A stretch of DNA of 14,178 bases. Source: Myxococcales bacterium (GTDB lineage Bacteria > Myxococcota > Myxococcia > Myxococcales > Anaeromyxobacteraceae). Below the pieces are notes generated by a model, which was given only the letters and a program-made list of their open reading frames with translations, made no database searches and was not told where the DNA came from. The stretch covers positions 1-14,178 of the forward strand of contig JBBQEB010000099.1 of assembly GCA_038320275.1 (NCBI GenBank), in the 5' to 3' direction. A program made the translations under genes and the position numbers. Numbering within the stretch: the stretch's first letter is position 1; each line of letters starts with the position of its first letter. Of this stretch, positions 9,958 through 14,178 are shown piece by piece.

Positions 9958-11262
9958 TCAGGCCAGCCCGCGCCCCACCGCGTGGTACGTGAATCCGAGC
10001 GCGCGCGCCTTCACCGCGTCCCACGCATTGCGGCCGTCGAAGAGCACCGGCGCGCGCATGATCCGCTTCAGCCGATCGTAATCGGGCGAGCGGAGCTCGT
10101 TCCACTCCGTCACGAGGAAGAGAGCGTCCGCGCCCTCGGCCGCCGCGTACGGCTCCTCGGCGTAGCGCACGTGAGGGCCGAGCACCGAGCGCGCCACCCC
10201 CGACGCCACCGGGTCGTAGGCGATGACGTCCGCGCCCGCGCCGGTGAGGAGCTGCACCAGGGTGAGCGACGGCGCCTCGCGCATGTCGTCCGTCTTGGGC
10301 TTGAAGGCGAGCCCCCAGATGCCGAAGCGCTTGCCCGACAGCGAGCCGAAGTGCTTCGACGCCTTCTCGAACATGAGCCGCTTCTGGCGCTCGTTCACCC
10401 GCTCCACCGAGCGGAGCAGGTCGAAGTCGAGCCCCACCTGTCGGGCCATGACGAGCACCGCCCGGACGTCCTTGGGGAAGCACGAGCCGCCGAAGCCCAC
10501 GCCCGGGAAGAGGAATGGGTAGCCGATGCGCCGGTCGGAGCCCATCCCGCGCCGCACCTGATCGACGTCGCAGTGGAGCTGGTCGCACAGCGCCGAGATG
10601 TCGTTCATGAAGGAGATGCGGGTCGCCAGCATGGCGTTGGCGGCGTACTTGGTGAGCTCCGCCGAGCGGCGGTCCATGAAGAGGATGGGCTGCTCGGTCC
10701 GCACGAACTGGGCGTAGAGCTCGGCCATGACGAGGCGCGCGCGCTCCGAGGCGGAGCCCACCACGATTCGGTCGGGCCGGGTGAAGTCGTCGATGGCCGA
10801 GCCTTCCTTCAGGAACTCGGGGTTCGACACCACGTCGAAGTGCGAGCTCGCCACCTCGCGGATGGCCTCCTCCACCCGCTCCGCGCTCCCCACCGGCACC
10901 GTGCTCTTGTTGACGACCACGGTGTACCGGCGGATGCACCGGCCGATCTCGCGGGCCGCCGCGAGCACGTAGCCTAGGTCGGCCTCGCCCGTCTCTCCCG
11001 GCGGCGTGCCCACCGCGATGAAGGCCACCTCGGTGTCCGCCATGGCGTCGGGGAGGGAGGTGGTGAAGCCGAGGCGCCGCTCGCGCACGTTGCGGCGGAT
11101 GAGCTCCTCCAGGCCGGGCTCGTAGATGGGGACGCCGCCGCCGACCAGGGTCGCGATCTTGGCCGCGTCCACGTCCACGCAGGTGACGGCGTTTCCGGCC
11201 TCGGCGAGGCAGGTGCCGGTCACGAGGCCCACGTAGCCGGTTCCGATGACGGTGATCTTCAA
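9958..11262 (-). CDS. ugd: UDP-glucose/GDP-mannose dehydrogenase family protein (UDP-glucose 6-dehydrogenase)
   Basis: TTG start, 434 aa. Rossmann motif VIGTGYVG, FIAVGTP, VNKSTVPVG, SNPEFLKEG, catalytic GFGGSCFPKD and GLAFKPKTDDMREAP. Confidence 0.96.
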   Translation of the reverse strand: MKITVIGTGYVGLVTGTCLAEAGNAVTCVDVDAAKIATLVGGGVPIYEPGLEELIRRNVRERRLGFTTSLPDAMADTEVAFIAVGTPPGETGEADLGYVLAAAREIGRCIRRYTVVVNKSTVPVGSAERVEEAIREVASSHFDVVSNPEFLKEGSAIDDFTRPDRIVVGSASERARLVMAELYAQFVRTEQPILFMDRRSAELTKYAANAMLATRISFMNDISALCDQLHCDVDQVRRGMGSDRRIGYPFLFPGVGFGGSCFPKDVRAVLVMARQVGLDFDLLRSVERVNERQKRLMFEKASKHFGSLSGKRFGIWGLAFKPKTDDMREAPSLTLVQLLTGAGADVIAYDPVASGVARSVLGPHVRYAEEPYAAAEGADALFLVTEWNELRSPDYDRLKRIMRAPVLFDGRNAWDAVKARALGFTYHAVGRGLA

Positions 11263-11292
11263 AGGCGAGGCCCCAGGGCGGCGAGAGGGCGG

Positions 11293-11320
11293 AACCTACC
11301 AGAAAAATACCCGCTGGCCA
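11293..11320 (-). promoter_or_regulatory. Candidate extended -10 promoter for ugd-DUF362
   Basis: The minus strand reads TGGCCA, 16 bp containing TATTTTT, then TAGGTT with a TG-N extension, ending about 30 bp upstream of the ugd TTG. It is the only AT-rich patch in the 88-bp gap. Confidence 0.35.
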
Positions 11321-11350
11321 TGGGGCTCAGGGGAAATCGGCCGGCTGGCC

Positions 11351-12283
11351 TCACGGCTCGAGGAGGAGCCGCGCAGCCTCCACCGCGCCGCGCGGCAAGC
11401 GAAGGCGCGCCGGGTCCTTCGCGCTCTCCACCACCGCCGCGACCGCGCTGCGCTCTGCCCGCCCGAGCTCTGGGGAGAGGGACGCTGCACGCTCCGCGCA
11501 CGCCGGAAAGAAGTACGCCGCCAGCGCGCAGGCGCCGTGGAGCGCCCGGGTGAGCCCCGCCGACGCCGCGCGCTCCTGCACCGCCAGGACGGCCTCCCGT
11601 CCGGCGAGCTCCGGAAGGAGCAGAAGCTCGCGAAGATCGACGAGGAGGAGGAGCGGCCCGTGCAGCCCGAGCTGGGCGAGATCGGCCACGGTCACGAGGA
11701 GCGCGTCGCCCGCGGCCGGCCTGCAGGCCGTCGGTCCGAGCGCCGGATAGCGCACGGCGCGCGCGAAGAGCCCGTGGTCCTCCGCCTTTCCGCGCACCAG
11801 GCCCTCCTGGAGCGCGAGCTCGATCCTGCCGTCCCCCACGCTGGCGGTATGGCCGCCCGGGCCCAGCCGCACCTCGCCGAAGCCCGCCTCGGCCAGCGCC
11901 TCCGTGAAGCGCGGCCCGTCCTCCCCGCGCACGCACAGCCGCGGCTCGCCCACCGGGCGGAAGGCGAGGTGCGGGTAGAGCCAGTCGAGGTAGGCCGCCC
12001 CGTCGAGCACGACCACGGGCACCGTCACGCCGCGCAGGGCTCCCTTGAGCGTCATGAGCTTGAAGACGTTGTCGTTCACCGCCCCCTGGTAGAGGGGCAG
12101 GAGCCGCTCGCGAAGGCCCTCGGGCGCGCTCATGCCGATGCGTCGCGACTCGAGGTGATAGGAGGCCATCGCCGCCAGCCCGTGCGCGTCGAGGACGTCG
12201 GCCAGCTCACCGATGTCACAGGGCGGCAGCTCACCCGGCGGGTCGAACGACGTGAGCGCGCGGAGCGCTTCGAGGAGGGGCAC
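11351..12283 (-). CDS. Nucleotidyltransferase-family (NTP_transf_5-like) protein, catalytic motif degenerate
   Basis: GTG start, 310 aa. Pattern AHGLAAM..., VPVVVLDGAAYLDWLYPHLAFRPVGEPRLCV, IELALQEGL and LLLVDLRELL follows the layout HG..LKG.....LY.....R...D.D.LV..E.H..DL, but with the key residues substituted. Confidence 0.7.
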   Translation of the reverse strand: MPLLEALRALTSFDPPGELPPCDIGELADVLDAHGLAAMASYHLESRRIGMSAPEGLRERLLPLYQGAVNDNVFKLMTLKGALRGVTVPVVVLDGAAYLDWLYPHLAFRPVGEPRLCVRGEDGPRFTEALAEAGFGEVRLGPGGHTASVGDGRIELALQEGLVRGKAEDHGLFARAVRYPALGPTACRPAAGDALLVTVADLAQLGLHGPLLLLVDLRELLLLPELAGREAVLAVQERAASAGLTRALHGACALAAYFFPACAERAASLSPELGRAERSAVAAVVESAKDPARLRLPRGAVEAARLLLEP

Positions 12284-12353
12284 GGGCGCCGGTTGTAATC
12301 CTGGAGAACCGGGGGTGCACCCGGGGCCCCGGGGTGCTCACCTTCAGGTACAC

Positions 12354-13589
12354 ATGACCGCTCACGAGCTGAAGGCCGCGCTGACGGAGCTCTCCGCGCT
12401 GCGAAGCGACGCAGATCCCATCGTCTCCCTCTACCTCGACGTGCGCTGGACCGACGCGAAGCAGCGAGAGCGCGCCCGCCTCTACGTCGAGGAAGGGGTG
12501 GACCGGCTGCTCGCACGCCACTCCGCTCATCCCAACCACGCCGTGCTGGAGCGGTCCCTCCGCCGCGTGGCCCGGCTCGCGACCGAGCGCGCGGGGCAGT
12601 CGCAGCCGGCGGACGGGCGCACGCAGGGTCTGGCGGTCTTCTGCTGCGAGGCGTTCGGGCTGTGGCGCGTCGTCGAGGTCGCCCGCCCCTTCACCGACCA
12701 GCTCGGCGCCGGGGCCCGGCCACACCTCCTGCAGCTCGCCCGCCTGGCGGACGACATCGAGCCCGCCATCGTCGTCTTCGTGCACGGGCGGGGCGCCCAG
12801 TTCTACGAGGTGGCGCTGGGCCAGATCGCCGCCGAGACCACCGTGGAGGGCGTGGTGCAGGATCGGCACGGCCAGGGCGCGCGCGGGGGCGCGGCGCCCT
12901 CCCCCGAGGCCGCGTCGGGCGGGACACAGCACGAGCGCAAGAGCCAGCGCCACGTCCACGAGCTGGTGGAGCGGGTGCGGCGCGACGCCATGGAGCAGCT
13001 CGTCACGCTGTGGGAGCGCGACCCCCGCTCGCACGTCGTTGTGGTGGGCACGGGCGAGGCGGCGGCCGATTTCGAGCGCGGCCTCCCCGAGCGCGTGCGG
13101 GCGAAGATCCTGGCCCGTCTCCCGCGACCGCCGGGCAAGGCCGGCTCCTCGTCCGGAGGAAAGGACGCGCTCGTCGCGCAGGTGGTCGAGATGATCGTGG
13201 AGCGCGAGCGGGTCTCCGAGGGCGAGCAGGTGGAGCACGCGATCGGCGAGGCGATGCGCGGCGGCATGGCGGTGCTCGGCCCGGAGGACGTGGTGCTGGC
13301 GGTGAACGAGCGGCGCGTGCACCGGCTCATCCTGGAGGTGGACTTCGAGCGGTCGGGCTGGCGCTGCCGCAACTGCGAGGCGCTGGGGACCACCCACGAC
13401 GAGCTGTGCACCTTCTGCCAGGGACCGCTGGCCCGGGTGGACGCGCTCGCCGAGGAGCTGGTGGGGCGCGTCCTCGCCGACGACGGCGAGGTGGAGGTGG
13501 TGGCGCACACCGAACGGCTGCACGCCTACGACGGCGTGGCGGCCCTCCTGCGGCAGCACCGCCCCACCGGCCTGGGCGGGCGCGCGTAG
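12354..13589 (+). CDS. Bacterial archaeo-eukaryotic release factor (baeRF; eRF1/pelota-like) protein with C-terminal zinc ribbon
   Basis: ATG 12354, 411 aa. N-domain IVSLYLDV...GLAVFC...PHLLQL, central RNase H-like domain (AIVVFVHGRGAQFYEVALG, HVVVVGTGE), and eRF1 domain-3-like GMAVLGPEDVVLAVNERRVHRLIL...CRNC..CTFC..DALAEELVGRVLADDGEVEVV...GVAALLR. Confidence 0.85.
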   Translation: MTAHELKAALTELSALRSDADPIVSLYLDVRWTDAKQRERARLYVEEGVDRLLARHSAHPNHAVLERSLRRVARLATERAGQSQPADGRTQGLAVFCCEAFGLWRVVEVARPFTDQLGAGARPHLLQLARLADDIEPAIVVFVHGRGAQFYEVALGQIAAETTVEGVVQDRHGQGARGGAAPSPEAASGGTQHERKSQRHVHELVERVRRDAMEQLVTLWERDPRSHVVVVGTGEAAADFERGLPERVRAKILARLPRPPGKAGSSSGGKDALVAQVVEMIVERERVSEGEQVEHAIGEAMRGGMAVLGPEDVVLAVNERRVHRLILEVDFERSGWRCRNCEALGTTHDELCTFCQGPLARVDALAEELVGRVLADDGEVEVVAHTERLHAYDGVAALLRQHRPTGLGGRA

Positions 13590-13598
13590 CCCCCGCCG

Positions 13599-14000
13599 TC
13601 AGCCCCGATCGACCGACGCCGCGCCCGGCCCGTGGTGCCACAGGAGCAGGTATCCCCCCGCGAGCCCCGCATTCTTGAGCACCTGGAGCGCCTGGCCGTG
13701 GTCGCCGCGCGCCGCCGCCGGCCAGTGGAAGACGACCGTGACGAGCACGAGGTAGCCCAGCACCGCCAGCGCCACCGGCCTCACCCGCAGGCCTACCGCA
13801 ATGGCGAGCGCGCTCGCGAGCTCGAAGGCCCCCGAGGTATAGGCGCCGGCGGTGGCGAAGGGAAAGCCGCGCCCGGCGATGGCGGAGGCGGCGCGGCCGG
13901 TGCCCACCGTGAGCTTCATCCACCCGGAGTAGACGAAGACGCTCGAGAGCAGCAGCCGCGCCGCGAGCGGGGTGAGCCAGGCCACCGCAGAGCCCTTCAC
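13599..14000 (-). CDS. DoxX family membrane protein
   Basis: GTG start overlapping the upstream stop (GTGA). 133 aa, about 4 TM segments, with ARLLLSSVFVYSGWMKL, FELASALAIAVGLRVR, TVVFH and LKNAGLAGGYLLLWHHGPGAASVD. Confidence 0.92.
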   Translation of the reverse strand: MKGSAVAWLTPLAARLLLSSVFVYSGWMKLTVGTGRAASAIAGRGFPFATAGAYTSGAFELASALAIAVGLRVRPVALAVLGYLVLVTVVFHWPAAARGDHGQALQVLKNAGLAGGYLLLWHHGPGAASVDRG

Positions 14001-14176
14001 GCCGGTACCTCTGCCAGGGCGTGCGCTGGCGCCGCGACGGGCGTACCCACGGCGGCCACCGGAGCGCCCTCCAGCACCGCGATGAGCGAGAGCGGCTGGA
14101 ACGGCAGGAAGCGGTCGGCCAACCTGAAGGCCGGAGTGAAGAGGTCGAGCGCCCCGATCTGGAGCGCGCCCACCTG
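13997..14176 (-). CDS. C-terminal 59 aa of a gene truncated by the window edge; possibly a class I SAM methyltransferase or glycosyltransferase-methyltransferase fusion
   Basis: Not in the ORF track. My translation is QVGALQIGALDLFTPAFRLADRFLPFQPLSLIAVLEGAPVAAVGTPVAAPAHALAEVPA*. TGA at 13999-13997 overlaps the DoxX GTG. QIxxxDxxxPxFRxxDRxLPFxxLSLIAV resembles the C-terminus of such methyltransferase domains (recalled, not searched). Confidence 0.55.
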   Translation of the reverse strand, partial: QVGALQIGALDLFTPAFRLADRFLPFQPLSLIAVLEGAPVAAVGTPVAAPAHALAEVPA

Positions 14177-14178
14177 GC

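Noticed and set aside
8650..10977. Long ORFs 8650..9951 +, 9107..10939 - and 9982..10977 +
   Set aside because: Antisense or off-frame shadows of the DUF362 and ugd genes.
11246..13678. ORFs 11246..12298 +, 12231..13559 - and 12662..13678 +, and the 12213 start for baeRF
   Set aside because: Shadows of the NTase-like and baeRF genes. The 12213 start would overlap the divergent gene and adds a G/P/S-rich non-domain segment.

Overview
Very GC-rich, densely coding bacterial DNA. Gene content and recalled protein similarity suggest Myxococcota, Anaeromyxobacter-like; this is an inference, as no search was run. From left to right: the 3' end of a sensor histidine kinase (+); a degenerate GH42/beta-galactosidase-like protein (-); a divergently oriented stand-alone MotA/TolQ + 2x ExbD/TolR proton-channel operon resembling the myxobacterial gliding motor aglR-aglQ-aglS (+), closed by a GC hairpin; a membrane ion-pumping pyrophosphatase of the divergent K+-independent type followed by a stand-alone Lon N-terminal-domain protein (+); a minus-strand run of a secreted MRJP/yellow protein, a DUF362 protein, UDP-glucose 6-dehydrogenase and an apparently catalytically dead nucleotidyltransferase-fold protein; a bacterial aeRF1/pelota-like (baeRF) protein with a zinc ribbon and an altered catalytic loop (+); a DoxX membrane protein and the 3' end of an upstream gene (-). 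I saw no rRNA, tRNA, CRISPR array or mobile element. The best leads are the baeRF protein, the aglRQS-like motor next to a PPi-driven proton pump, two apparent pseudo-enzymes and the ugd-DUF362 pairing. None is demonstrably novel from sequence alone.
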